From Candidatus Eiseniibacteriota bacterium (lineage in GTDB: Bacteria > Eisenbacteria > RBG-16-71-46): DNA of 64,000 nt. The position numbers and the translations under genes are program-made. The stretch lies in assembly GCA_963717505.1 (NCBI GenBank), contig OY970342.1, positions 2,464,001 through 2,528,000 on the forward strand, given 5' to 3'. The notes under the pieces were generated by a model, which worked only from the letters and a program-made list of their open reading frames with translations, had not been told where the DNA came from and did no database searches. Numbering within the stretch: the first letter of the stretch is position 1; each line of letters starts with the position of its first letter. Shown in pieces: positions 29,041 through 38,800 of the stretch.

Positions 29041-30051
29041 ATCCCGCGCGCGAATGGCCCCGACGATGCGGTCCAGGGCCTCGCGAATCCGCTCGATCGC
29101 CTGCGCCGAGTGCGGATTCATGACCTGGATCTCGTAGTAGACGTCCGGGCTTTCCCGCACGACCTTCGCGGCCAGGGACTCGAGCGCCTGAAACGTCGTG
29201 CTGCGCACCGGATGCTCTGCCTCGGGCAGCGCCAGGGCGAATGCGATGGCGGTGGCATGCGCCAGGCTCAAGAGATCGGCCATGATGCGGTCGTGGTCGG
29301 CGAGCGGCAGGCGCACGAGGTGCGCGGTCGTCGGCTCGAACAATCGCTCGACCGCCAAGGTGGCCTCGGCATCGCCGGTGTCGCAGATCACCACGTCGGC
29401 ATCGCGTAACAACACGGCCGAAGGGCCGAACATGGGATGGATCGACGCCACGCGGCCGCCCGCGCGTTGGAGTGTCCGGATCGGCTCGATCAGCGGCGTC
29501 TTGATGCTGGCGATGTCGACGACCACGCCCGACGGGGGATTGCGCGACCACTCGCGGTAGAGCGTGGCGGTGGACGCCGGCGGCGTGGAGCAGACGATGA
29601 GCTCTGCGGTCGGCAACACCGCGCGCGCGCGTAGGGTCTCCTCGCGAGCCGCGGCCGGATCGAGAATGTACGTCGCGTATCCCTGCGCCGACAGGAAGCG
29701 CTCCATCCAGCGCCCCATGCGGCCGGCGCCGCCGACCACGATCGCGCTCTGGCCGCTGCCCATGGCCGCAACACGGAGCCGGTCCTCGTCCTGCGCCGTG
29801 ACCGAGGCCCGGATCAGCCCCGCGAACAGCTCCTCGGCGACTCCGGGGTCGAGCCCGCGTTCCCGAGCCACGGTGCGCGCCCGGTCCAACACCACGCGTT
29901 CCTGCGCGTAGTCCACGATCGGCAACTCGAGCTGACGCTTGAGTTCCCCCAGCTGCCGCGCGAGCCTCACGCGTTCCGCCGTCCGTTCCAGAAGCTCGAG
30001 GTCGAGCTGCCGGATCCGATCGCGCAGTTGCTCCAGGTTCGGCTCGGACAT
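28975..30051 (-). CDS. tyrA: Chorismate mutase / prephenate dehydrogenase (T-protein)
   Basis: N-terminal CM (LRDRIRQLD...RVRLA..LGELK, QERVV); PDH VGGAGRMG, DIASIK, HPMFGP, HDRIMA..LAH. Confidence 0.88.
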   Translation of the reverse strand: MSEPNLEQLRDRIRQLDLELLERTAERVRLARQLGELKRQLELPIVDYAQERVVLDRARTVARERGLDPGVAEELFAGLIRASVTAQDEDRLRVAAMGSGQSAIVVGGAGRMGRWMERFLSAQGYATYILDPAAAREETLRARAVLPTAELIVCSTPPASTATLYREWSRNPPSGVVVDIASIKTPLIEPIRTLQRAGGRVASIHPMFGPSAVLLRDADVVICDTGDAEATLAVERLFEPTTAHLVRLPLADHDRIMADLLSLAHATAIAFALALPEAEHPVRSTTFQALESLAAKVVRESPDVYYEIQVMNPHSAQAIERIREALDRIVGAIRARDSKGFGALLGQGRSRTPERSGS

Positions 30052-30058
30052 CGCGATC

Positions 30059-30995
30059 CTAGTTCCCGGCCGGTTTCGCGGCCTCGGCCCGCCTTCGGAA
30101 TCGGTCCGCGTACTCGCGCGTGAAGCACGCCCCGATCAGACAGCAGGTGCGCCGAGTAGGAGATCCAGAGCAACAGCACCACCACGGCGCCCGCCGCGCC
30201 GTAGAGCGAGGCCAGCATGTTCTTGCGCAGCAGAGTCGCGAGCAGGGTGTTGCCGGCGGTGAACGCGAGCGCGGTCAGCACTGCCCCGATGCGCACGTCG
30301 CCCCAGCGCACGCCGGCACGCGGGCCGTACCGGTAGATCAATCCCAGCAGCAGGGTCATCAGCAGGAACGGCACCACCGCGCGGCTCACCGGCCAGGCGG
30401 GCGCGTTGGGTGGCAGCAATTGCTCGACGATCGGGGCGACCAGCGTATGCAGGAACGAGAACGCCATCAGCAGCATTCCCGCGGCGACCGCTCCCGGCAC
30501 GATGATCAGTGAAATGAGCCTCTGTACCAGCAGGCCGCCCAACCCGGCGCGCGGGGGAACATCCCAGATCCGGTCGAGGGCGGCGCCCAACTCATGGAAC
30601 ACCGCCGAGGCGAAGTACGCCATGATCAGGACGCTGAGCACGGTCGCGATCGCGTTGCCGCGCGCGTCGACGATCATCTCGACCGTGGCGCGCAACGCCG
30701 GAGTCAGGGCTGGCTCGCCCAAGGCGTCGATCGCGGCGAACAACCTCGTGCGCGCCGCATCCGAGCCGAGCACCGTGGAGGCACCGCTCAGCACCAGGAG
30801 AAGGAGCGGCGCCAGCGACAGGAGCGCGTGGAACGCGATGGCCGCCGCCAGTCCCGGCACGTTGGCGAGCATGGTCCGGCGTGACGTGGCGACCACGAGT
30901 CCCGAGAGATCGACCAGAAACTGCTGGAACCCGGTGAGGATTCCGGCGAGCTTCCGGCGGGAAGCGGAATGAGTCGTTCGCGCGTCGCGTGCCAC
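30059..30995 (-). CDS. YihY/BrkB-family membrane protein (one frameshift near 30140)
   Basis: AAAIAFHALLSLAP, ALDRIW, SLYGAAGAVVVLLLWISYSA. Removing one base restores LLLIGACFTREY and a TAG at 30059-30061. Confidence 0.82.
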
Positions 30996-31139
30996 GGCTA
31001 CCTCGTCGCATGCGGCCGCGGCTCATCCGCAACCGGCCCCGCGAGCCTAGAAGCCATCGACCGCCGCGGCAAGGTCGCGGGCCGACACGCGAGGCGCTAT
31101 GCTCCGAACTCCTTCCGACCCCCACCTGGAGAATCCTCG

Positions 31140-31955
31140 ATGCCCGCGCCCGTCTCGACCACCGCCGCACCGCAGCATCAGCTCGCGGTGTTCATCGATT
31201 TCGAGAACATCGCGCTCGGCCTCAAGGGCGACGGGCGTTTCGACGTGCGCCGGGTACTCGACCGCCTGCTCGAGAAGGGCAAGGTGATCGTCAAAGTCGC
31301 CTACGCCGACTGGAACCGCTTCCGCCAGTACACCCAGTCGCTGCACGAGCACGGCATCGAGCTGATCGAGATTCCCGGCCGCGCCACCAGCGGCAAGAAC
31401 TCGGCCGACATCCGCCTGTGCGTCGACGCCATGGACCTGAGCTGGAGCAAGGAACACATCGACACCTTCGTCATCATCTCGGGCGACAGCGATTTCTCGC
31501 CGCTGGTCTCCAAGCTCAAGGAGAACGGCCGGCGGGTGATCGGGCTCGGCATGAAGGGATCGACCTCGCCGCTGCTCGCCAACGCGTGCGACGAGTTCGT
31601 CTACTACGAAGAGATCGAGTCCGGCGGCGGTGGACCGGCGGCCGAGAAGCCGGGGCGCAACGGCGAGGACGCGTTTCACCTGTTGGTCGATACGGTGCGC
31701 GCGCTCCAGCGCGAAGGCTTCGACCTGATCCAGGCGTCCCTGGTCAAGGACACCATGAAGCGCAAACGCCCGGCGTTCAGCGAATCGGCGCTCGGCTATG
31801 GCAGCTTCAGCGACCTGCTCGAAGCGGCCGAAAAGGCCGGGGTCGTTGAGCTGCGCCAGGACGAGCGCAGCGGGACCTACGTGGTCACCGGGGTCAGCGA
31901 GCGACCGATTCGAGCCGCGCGATCCAGCGCGCCTTCACGCCGCCGGCGGTCCTAG
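31140..31955 (+). CDS. NYN (LabA/DUF88, PIN-like) domain protein with C-terminal OST-HTH/LOTUS
   Basis: AVFIDFEN, AYADW, KNSADIRLCVDA, ISGDSDFSPL, ACDEF; C-terminal KRPAFSE..GY.SFSDLL. Confidence 0.88.
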   Translation: MPAPVSTTAAPQHQLAVFIDFENIALGLKGDGRFDVRRVLDRLLEKGKVIVKVAYADWNRFRQYTQSLHEHGIELIEIPGRATSGKNSADIRLCVDAMDLSWSKEHIDTFVIISGDSDFSPLVSKLKENGRRVIGLGMKGSTSPLLANACDEFVYYEEIESGGGGPAAEKPGRNGEDAFHLLVDTVRALQREGFDLIQASLVKDTMKRKRPAFSESALGYGSFSDLLEAAEKAGVVELRQDERSGTYVVTGVSERPIRAARSSAPSRRRRS

Positions 31956-32965
31956 TTCGGCGGCGTGAACACGAACGGCGTCTGGAAGGAGGTCGAGCCT
32001 CCGGAGATCGCCGGGAACTTCCACTCGCGGATCTGCGACAACGCACACTGTGCGAGCCGCGAGGAGCCGACTGTGTTCTCGACGATGGTCGCTTCGGTTA
32101 CGGCACCCGACGCGGACACGGTCAGTGCCACGACCAGCTTGCCTTTGAGCCCGGGGTCGCGCTTGAGCTCGTTGCCGTAGCAATACTGGATGCCGGCCGC
32201 GTACCTCTGGATGATCGCCAGCAGCGACGCATTGCTCCGGTAGACTCCGGGCAGCGCGCCGGTGCCGCCACCGGTGCCACCCTCGGTGCCCGAGCCGCCC
32301 TCGACACCGCCGCCGCCGGTTCCTCCCAACTCGCCGATCGAGATCCGCGACCCGGCGACCGTCGAGCCACCGAGGTCGACCAGCGCGCCGGTGCCGGCGA
32401 CGTCCGTGGCGACCGCGCCGACTTCGGCGCCGGAACGTCCGGAACGCACGCCGCGCGAGCGGCGGCGTCCGGCCGGCGCCTGGGTCGCGGCCGTGGGCGA
32501 CGAAGACGCCAGTGACGACGACAGGTTCTTGAGGCTCCGGTCGAGCGCCTCGGTCGATTTCTCGAGGCGTGTGGCGACCTCCTTCGTGGCGCGCGAGCGT
32601 CCGACCTGGCCGGCATTGGGCGCCAGCGGCTTCGCCGGCTCGACTCTCCGAGCGCGCGGCGGTGGCGGCGCGGGCTTCGGCGTCTCGACCTGGGCAGGTG
32701 CCTCCGGCGCGGAGGACTGCTCGATCGTCGCCTGCGCCGCAGGTCCGGGAGCGGCCGCCTTGGGCTTCTCGAGGATCAGGCGCGCGATGCGCGGTGGCAA
32801 TTGTTCGACGGTCAGCACCGCCTGCGGGCGCGCCGGCCACAGAAAGACCGCGAGCAGGAACCCGAGTCCGATCGCCGACGAGACGATCAGACAGCGGTGG
32901 AACAACGGGTCGTTGGGGCCGAACGGGGCCCGGCGGTACGCCTGTGCGGAGGCGATGACAGCCAT
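31952..32965 (-). CDS. TonB-like energy transducer with AgmX/PglI(GltG)-type C-terminal domain
   Basis: One N-terminal TM, Pro/Ala- and Gly-rich linker, then IQYCYGNELKRDPGLKGKLVVALTV...LAQC..IREWKFP...PFVF. Confidence 0.82.
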   Translation of the reverse strand: MAVIASAQAYRRAPFGPNDPLFHRCLIVSSAIGLGFLLAVFLWPARPQAVLTVEQLPPRIARLILEKPKAAAPGPAAQATIEQSSAPEAPAQVETPKPAPPPPRARRVEPAKPLAPNAGQVGRSRATKEVATRLEKSTEALDRSLKNLSSSLASSSPTAATQAPAGRRRSRGVRSGRSGAEVGAVATDVAGTGALVDLGGSTVAGSRISIGELGGTGGGGVEGGSGTEGGTGGGTGALPGVYRSNASLLAIIQRYAAGIQYCYGNELKRDPGLKGKLVVALTVSASGAVTEATIVENTVGSSRLAQCALSQIREWKFPAISGGSTSFQTPFVFTPPN

Positions 32966-32974
32966 GGTCGTCTC

Positions 32975-33469
32975 CTAGGTGTGCTTGATCACGGCGAGCG
33001 CGATGTCTTCGAATCCACTCTGCCCAAGCGTGTACATGACGCGCTGCAACACACGGAATTCGATGTCGCGATCGCCCTGGATGGTCACGGTGCGAGCCTG
33101 CGCCTCGGAGTCACCCTGGTGATGGGCAATATCGTCGAGTTGTTGCCACATGGCGTCGAGTCGGTCCGCCATGGGCTCGATCAACATGCCGTCGCTGCTC
33201 CCGACTTCGCTCACGCTGGCCACGCGCTCGCCGCCGACCAGGATGTCGTCGTCGTCGATCGCGACGACCAGCGACGACACCATGGCGTTTTCCGCAGTCG
33301 ACGCCGGCAGCTCGAGTCCCGGCGGAGGCACGGAGACCTCGCCGCCGGCCACGAACGCCTTGAGCACGAACAGCAAGAGCGTGGTCAGGATGTCCATCAT
33401 CGAAGTCATGCGCAGGCCGCCGGGGGCCGAACTTGGGTTTCGCCACTTTCTCTTGCGTTGCCGCCTCAC
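32975..33469 (-). CDS. ExbD/TolR-family stator subunit (AglQ/S-like), with Asp
   Basis: LRMTSMMDILTTLLLFVL TM, LELP, IQGD..I.F..L..VM.T...GF..IALAV. Confidence 0.88.
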   Translation of the reverse strand: MRRQRKRKWRNPSSAPGGLRMTSMMDILTTLLLFVLKAFVAGGEVSVPPPGLELPASTAENAMVSSLVVAIDDDDILVGGERVASVSEVGSSDGMLIEPMADRLDAMWQQLDDIAHHQGDSEAQARTVTIQGDRDIEFRVLQRVMYTLGQSGFEDIALAVIKHT

Positions 33470-33933
33470 GATGCCTCCTCGCCCTGAAGTCCTGCCTGGG
33501 ACAGGCCCGCCGCGCGCGCCAGGTCCATCACGGCGATGATGACTTCGTACCGGGTAGTTTCCTCGGCAACGATCTTCACGTCACGAACGTCCGGATGAGC
33601 GGCTACGAATGCATCGAGCGCCGCGCCAAGCTGGTTCCAGGCCGCGACTCCTGCCGGGCCGTCGCTGCCTCGGGGAATCACCTGGGCGGGCGCTCCGGTC
33701 GCTTGCACGACATAGGCCGCTTCGGTGATGCGCACCGTGACCACCACCGGTTCCTCGTTCGAGGTCGCCGCCGCATCGCCCGGCAGTCTCATGTCGATGA
33801 CCCGGATCTCCATGAACACCGCCGAGAGCAGCAGCATGGGGATCAGCACGATGAACAGGTTCATGAGCGGCAACAACTCGAGGTCCTCAGTGACCTTCTG
33901 CCGCCACGCTCGCTTTCTGCCGAACACCTTCAT
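33466..33933 (-). CDS. ExbD/TolR-family stator subunit (AglQ/S-like), Asp replaced by Asn
   Basis: LELLPLMNLFIVLIPMLL TM, IDMRLP, TRYEVIIAVMD..R.AG. Confidence 0.85.
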   Translation of the reverse strand: MKVFGRKRAWRQKVTEDLELLPLMNLFIVLIPMLLLSAVFMEIRVIDMRLPGDAAATSNEEPVVVTVRITEAAYVVQATGAPAQVIPRGSDGPAGVAAWNQLGAALDAFVAAHPDVRDVKIVAEETTRYEVIIAVMDLARAAGLSQAGLQGEEAS

Positions 33934-33937
33934 GGAA

Positions 33938-34636
33938 CTAGCGGCTCCCCTGGACGACGCGACCTTGGCCTCCCGACATCGGCACGACCTGCGCCGCGCC
34001 GCGCGCAACCGCCGACATCGCGATCGCACGACTCAGCCGGATGCTCATGTCGTCCACCTGGTCGGCGATGCCCTCGACCATCGAAGACAGCCAGCCGTGG
34101 AGCAGCAGCGTCGGCACTGCGACCAGAAGTCCGAAGGCCGTGGTGTTGAGTGCTTGCGAGATGCCGACCGCCAGGAACGCCGAGCGCTGCGCCGGATCGG
34201 CGGCGCTCACCGACGAAAACGCGATCATGAGCCCGAAGATCGTCCCGAGCAGACCGAGCAGCGTGGCGACATTGGCCAGCATGTTGAGATGGGCGAGACG
34301 CTTGGACAGCGGCGGCAGCACCAGGGTGGCAGCATCGTCGGCTGCGGACTGGAGACGCGCCTCGTCGCCGGGGCCGGCCATCAGGATCGCCTGCGCGACC
34401 CGAGCGACCGGCGTCTTGGACAAGAGGCTCAGGTTCCGGGCTCCCGCCAGGTCGCCTCGCCCCACGGCGGACACCAGGTCGTCGGTCAACTTCCTGCTGT
34501 TCACCGCGCCCGCCCCGAGGATCACGATCGTCCGTTCAGCGACGATCGCGATGATGGCGACCCCTGCGGCCAGGATGAGGTGCATGAACTCGCCACCTTC
34601 CTTGTAGAAGGAGGCGACGGAAGAGAAGTCGATCAT
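33938..34636 (-). CDS. MotA/TolQ/ExbB proton-channel protein (AglR-like)
   Basis: EGGEFM TM1, IVAER, ATLLGLLGTIFGLMIAF, GISQALNTTAFGLLVAVP. RBS AGGAGA. Confidence 0.92.
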   Translation of the reverse strand: MIDFSSVASFYKEGGEFMHLILAAGVAIIAIVAERTIVILGAGAVNSRKLTDDLVSAVGRGDLAGARNLSLLSKTPVARVAQAILMAGPGDEARLQSAADDAATLVLPPLSKRLAHLNMLANVATLLGLLGTIFGLMIAFSSVSAADPAQRSAFLAVGISQALNTTAFGLLVAVPTLLLHGWLSSMVEGIADQVDDMSIRLSRAIAMSAVARGAAQVVPMSGGQGRVVQGSR

Positions 34637-34932
34637 GGTTGAATCTCCTTTTGTTCTCCCACGGGCCCGGCAAGCACGGTGCTCCAAACCGGGAGCGCCG
34701 TGGCCTGGCCGAGCTCGAGGCTCGTCCTGAGGTAGCGTCGATGATGGAAATCCATGAAACGCCGCTGATCGCGGGTGGTGATGAACAACACCTGGGGCAC
34801 CGGAATCTCGCCTTCGATGTACACGTCCTCGAGACGCCGGGGTGCTCCGCTCTTCGTCTCTGCGCTCGAAACACCCGCGAGACACAAGGTCAGCAGGCCG
34901 GCGAGCGCGCCGGCAAGAATCGATCGGTTCAC
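34633..34932 (-). CDS. Small secreted protein, GltF/CglF-like
   Basis: 99 aa, signal peptide, LEDVYIEGEIPVPQVLFI motif. Sits between the TPR lipoprotein and the motor genes, as gltF does. Confidence 0.55.
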   Translation of the reverse strand: MNRSILAGALAGLLTLCLAGVSSAETKSGAPRRLEDVYIEGEIPVPQVLFITTRDQRRFMDFHHRRYLRTSLELGQATALPVWSTVLAGPVGEQKEIQP

Positions 34933-35867
34933 TTTTCCTCCCGCTTGCCGGCCAGGTCCTTGGCACTGCCGCTCATCACGCCCGCGATTCCGTCGGGGTC
35001 ATCGTGCGAGCGCTCCCAGTAACGCGCGAACCAGCGCGTCGCGGCCTCGTCGTCGAGCATGTAGAACTTTTCCAGGATCGCGAGGTTGTAGTAGGGACCG
35101 GGGAGTGTCGGCTCGAGGTCGATTGCCTTGAGGAATGCGCGCCGCGCCGATTCCGGGTCGCCGGCCCGCAGCCGGGTGATGCCGAAGTTGTTCTGGTTGG
35201 CGGCACTCTTCGAGTCCTCGGCGACGACGCGAGCCGCGAGCTCGCCGGCGCCATCCGGCTGATCGCCGCGCAGCGTCAGGTAGACGTACGCCGGGCCGCC
35301 CTCGCGCGGATCGGGGCGGGTCATCTCGGTCAGCACCTGCTGGGCCAGGTCGTGGCGGTCGAGCGCGTCATAGTGGAGCGCGAGTCCCGCCAGCAGCGCC
35401 TGCGGCACGCCGTTGGGGAAGGCCTTCGGTCGCTGGCGCGCGGCCTCGAGCATCTGGATCGCCTCCTGGTGGCGACGGGTCTCGAAGTAGAGGCGCGACA
35501 GGAGTGACAGAGCCGGCGCGTAGTTCGGGTCACGCGCCAGCGACGCCTTGAGCTCGACTTCGGCGCGCGCGGTCGAATCGGCGCCGGCGTAGAGCTGGGC
35601 GATCCGGAACGGCCAGTACGGCTCACCGGGCGCCAGGGCCGACTGCGTGCGCGCCTCGGACACCTCGCGATCGAGGGTCGATCCTTCGACCTTGGGCAGA
35701 GCCGCCGAGGGTCGCGAGGTCAGCGGCTGCCAGCCGAAGACCTTGAGTCCGCAACCGGCGAGCGCCGGCGCCAACGCCAGGAGCGCGACCAGGGCAGCCC
35801 ACGAACCCTGCGCCGCCCGTACCGGCGTGGTGCGCTGCGAGGGCGCGGCGAGTCGGTTCGAGGTCAT
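34929..35867 (-). CDS. TPR lipoprotein (GltE/AglT-like)
   Basis: Lipobox LAPALAGC, TPRs (DPNYAPALSLLS, ANQNNFG...AFLKAIDLEP, PYYNLAILEKFY..D..AA..WF.RY). ATG overlaps the upstream TGA. Confidence 0.75.
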   Translation of the reverse strand: MTSNRLAAPSQRTTPVRAAQGSWAALVALLALAPALAGCGLKVFGWQPLTSRPSAALPKVEGSTLDREVSEARTQSALAPGEPYWPFRIAQLYAGADSTARAEVELKASLARDPNYAPALSLLSRLYFETRRHQEAIQMLEAARQRPKAFPNGVPQALLAGLALHYDALDRHDLAQQVLTEMTRPDPREGGPAYVYLTLRGDQPDGAGELAARVVAEDSKSAANQNNFGITRLRAGDPESARRAFLKAIDLEPTLPGPYYNLAILEKFYMLDDEAATRWFARYWERSHDDPDGIAGVMSGSAKDLAGKREEK

Positions 35868-38800
35868 TTCGGGCTCCGTTGACGTTCGGCCGGCGTGGCG
35901 GCGGCGAGCGGGTGCTCCGCCTCCGGCATGTAGAAGAAGCGACGGGCCAGTCGCTGCCAGAGGGATTCGCGCGCTTTGGCGACCCATTCGCTGGCGGCCG
36001 TCTCGTCGCGCTGTGCGCGCAGCAGGTCCGTCCATACCTGCTCGCCGCGGGCGTGGAATGCGTCGGCCTGGCCGAGCAGCACGTCCTCGTAAGCGATCAG
36101 GTCATCCCCGGTTAGATCGGCAGGACGCTCGCTCTTCTCCAGCGCCTCGCCGAAACCGATCAGCGCTTCGCCAATGCGAAATGCCGAGGCTTGCGCCCAT
36201 TTCGCAACACCGACCTCGGCGCTGCGTCCGTAGGCGGCGATCAGGCTGTCCAGCAACCGCTGGCGGACCGTGATCGACTTGTCGAGCGGCTGGGTCAGAC
36301 GCGCACCCACGTAGGCGCGGCGTGCCTCATCACCCTGGAGGAAGCGTACCTCGGCGATCAGGTCCTTCGACGCCAGGTCGGGTCGCAGGCCCGCGCGCCG
36401 GAGGTACTCGGCCAGGTGCGATGCCGGACGCGTGGTATCCGGGGCCGCGGGTTTCGTCTTAGCTTTCTTCTTCGCCGGCGGCGCCGGTTTCGGCAGCAGG
36501 CTCGAGATCGGCTTATCGGTTCCCAGTGCGGCCACCTCACGACGCGCAAGCTTCTCGTAGATCTCCATCGCCATCTCGACGTCTTCCGGGTGGAGCCGGA
36601 TGTAGGCGATCCGGGTCGCGTCCGCGCGCCCGGTCAGCCCGGCGGCCTCGAGCAAATCGGCTGACTTGAGCAGGGCTTCGCCGGCGCTCTCGTCGTCGGG
36701 GTGACTGGCGGCGAACGCAGCCCAGGCTTCGGCGGCCCGCTCGCGCTCGCCCGATTTCTCCCAGGCGTGTGCGATCTGGAGCCGCGCGTCACGGACGTAT
36801 TCGCTTCTCGGGAAGTCGCGGATCAGCTCCTCGAGCGCCTGGATGCCCGCGGCGCGCGATCCGGCGGCCAACCACGCCAGTCCGGCGCGATACTTGGCCA
36901 CGTGGGCGTGTTCGTAGTTCGGCCAGCGCACGGCGACCCGCTCGAACAGCGCCGCATGCTTCTCGTGTGCGGTCGAGTCCTTGGCGACGGCCGCGTCGGC
37001 GTGCCGGAAGTAGCAAACCGGAATCGCCGCAGACGCGTAACGCGCCAACGAGTCCACGCCAGCGCGTTGCGCGGTAGCCAGCGCGCGTTCATACGCCGCG
37101 CCGGCATCCTCGAAACGCTCGAGGCGAAAGAACGCGTCGGCGCGCAGCCGGGCCGCGATCGGCAGTCGCTTGTCGCTCGAGTCGCGGAGCGCCATTCGGC
37201 CGAAGTCCTCGGCCGCGCGCTCGAACCAGCCATGGGCGAAGGCGAGATTGCCCTGGCGCCAGCGGACGTCGGCCGCCTGCGCGTGCTCGGGGTAGCGCGC
37301 GAGCAACGCGTCGCCGGCCTCGAGCACCGCGCGCGCCAGCGAGTCGTTCCGGGTGGTGTCGCCCGTGGCGCGCGTTCGGCTGTACCAGGAATCGGTCACT
37401 GCCAGTCGCTGCCACAAGGCGAGTGCCACGATGCTGTCGACCCCCGAAGCCGCGGCCGCCTGGTAGTGGACCAGGGCTTCGGCGGGATCGCCCAGCTCGG
37501 CGGCGGCTTCGGCGGCGAACAGGCGCAGCGACGGAGCTTCGGCGTCGTCCGGCCATGCGCGCAGCACGTGCTCGTAGAGTCGACGCGATTCACGCCAGTC
37601 ACTTTCGACATCCTTCTCGCGCGCCAGGCGGTGATGATGCTTGGCGACCGCGAGCATCGAGGTGCGCGCGAACGTGGCGCCCGCAACGCGGACCGAGTCG
37701 GACGTCTGGGCCTCGTACCACTTGCCGCCGGGCGCGAAACCGGCCGCGTGCTCGAGCTGGGCGCGACGGGCGTCGTCCGGACGCTCCGCGCGCCGTTGGG
37801 TCTCGATCATGCGTTCGGCCGCGAGGAGTGCGCCCGGATCCAGCGGGTGGCGCTCGAGCACCAACTGGTCCACGGCCGCCGCCTCGGCGAACATGCTGTA
37901 GCGGCGGAAGTGCTGGCCGAGGGCCAGCAGCAGTCGCAGGTCGTAGGGCCGCCGGCCGACGCGATCGAAGTAGGCGGTGAAGGCTTCGGCGCCGCCGGCC
38001 CGCGACAGGGCGTGCATCAGGTAGGTCTCGGCCTCGTCTTCGACGTCGGCCTGGATCGCGGCGCGTCCGGCCGAGGCGTACAGGTCGAGCACGACGCGGA
38101 ACGCGTCCACGGCCTCGAGGAAGCGGTCTTCGTTGAAGTACGCCCAGCCCTGTTTGAAGCGCGCGATGGCGGTCAGACTCGTGTCCGGACCGGCGGCCGC
38201 GTGCTCGTAGAGATCGACGCAGGCCGAGAAGTGTTTCTCGGAGAATTCCAGGTCGCCCATGCGCAGCCACGACTCCTGAACGTAGGGGGATTCGGGGTGC
38301 GTGGTCACCAGTGTGCGGAACAGGGTCGCTGCTTCAGGGTCGGCGCCGTCGGCCAGGATCATGCCGGCGTTGAACAAGACGGCGTCGCGGCGTTCGAAGT
38401 CGGCGTCCTCAGCCAGGATTTTCCGATAGAGCGCGAGCGCCGGGTCGTAGGTCAGCACCGGCAGGGTCGAAGCCGCCTGACCTGCCTCCTGATCGCGCAG
38501 GTAGGCCTCCATCTGCTGGCGGAAGCGATGGCGGGCCGCGACCAGCAGCAGATCGGCGAGATGGAAGCGCATCTCACCGCGCGCGGGCGACGCCGGGTGG
38601 CGTTCCAGGAACGCAGTCATATGGGCGATCGACGCGCTACGCCAGGCTTCGGCGTGCGGATCGTCCAGGGTGTCGGCGGGAGCCGCGGCCGCGAGCGAAT
38701 CCGACGCCGACAGCCCCACGCTCTGCGCATACGATGAAGCGGCCAGACCGTAGTCGATGCCCTCGCGCTCGGCATCGAGGTCGGCGAGCGTGCGCTCGAT

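Noticed and set aside
29967-30140. yihY C-terminus overlapping tyrA as a possible fusion or programmed frameshift
   Set aside because: One extra base near 30140 explains it; the corrected frame stops at 30059, just before tyrA, and there is no slippery site.
31140-31955. NYN/PIN nuclease as a toxin-antitoxin or defence system
   Set aside because: Typical stand-alone LabA/DUF88-LOTUS protein with no antitoxin or defence neighbours.
31952-34636. Ordinary TonB-ExbBD iron uptake or Tol-Pal locus
   Set aside because: No TonB-dependent receptor, tolB or pal; paired ExbD, AgmX/PglI-type C-terminus and TPR/GltF-like neighbours fit the Agl-Glt core better.
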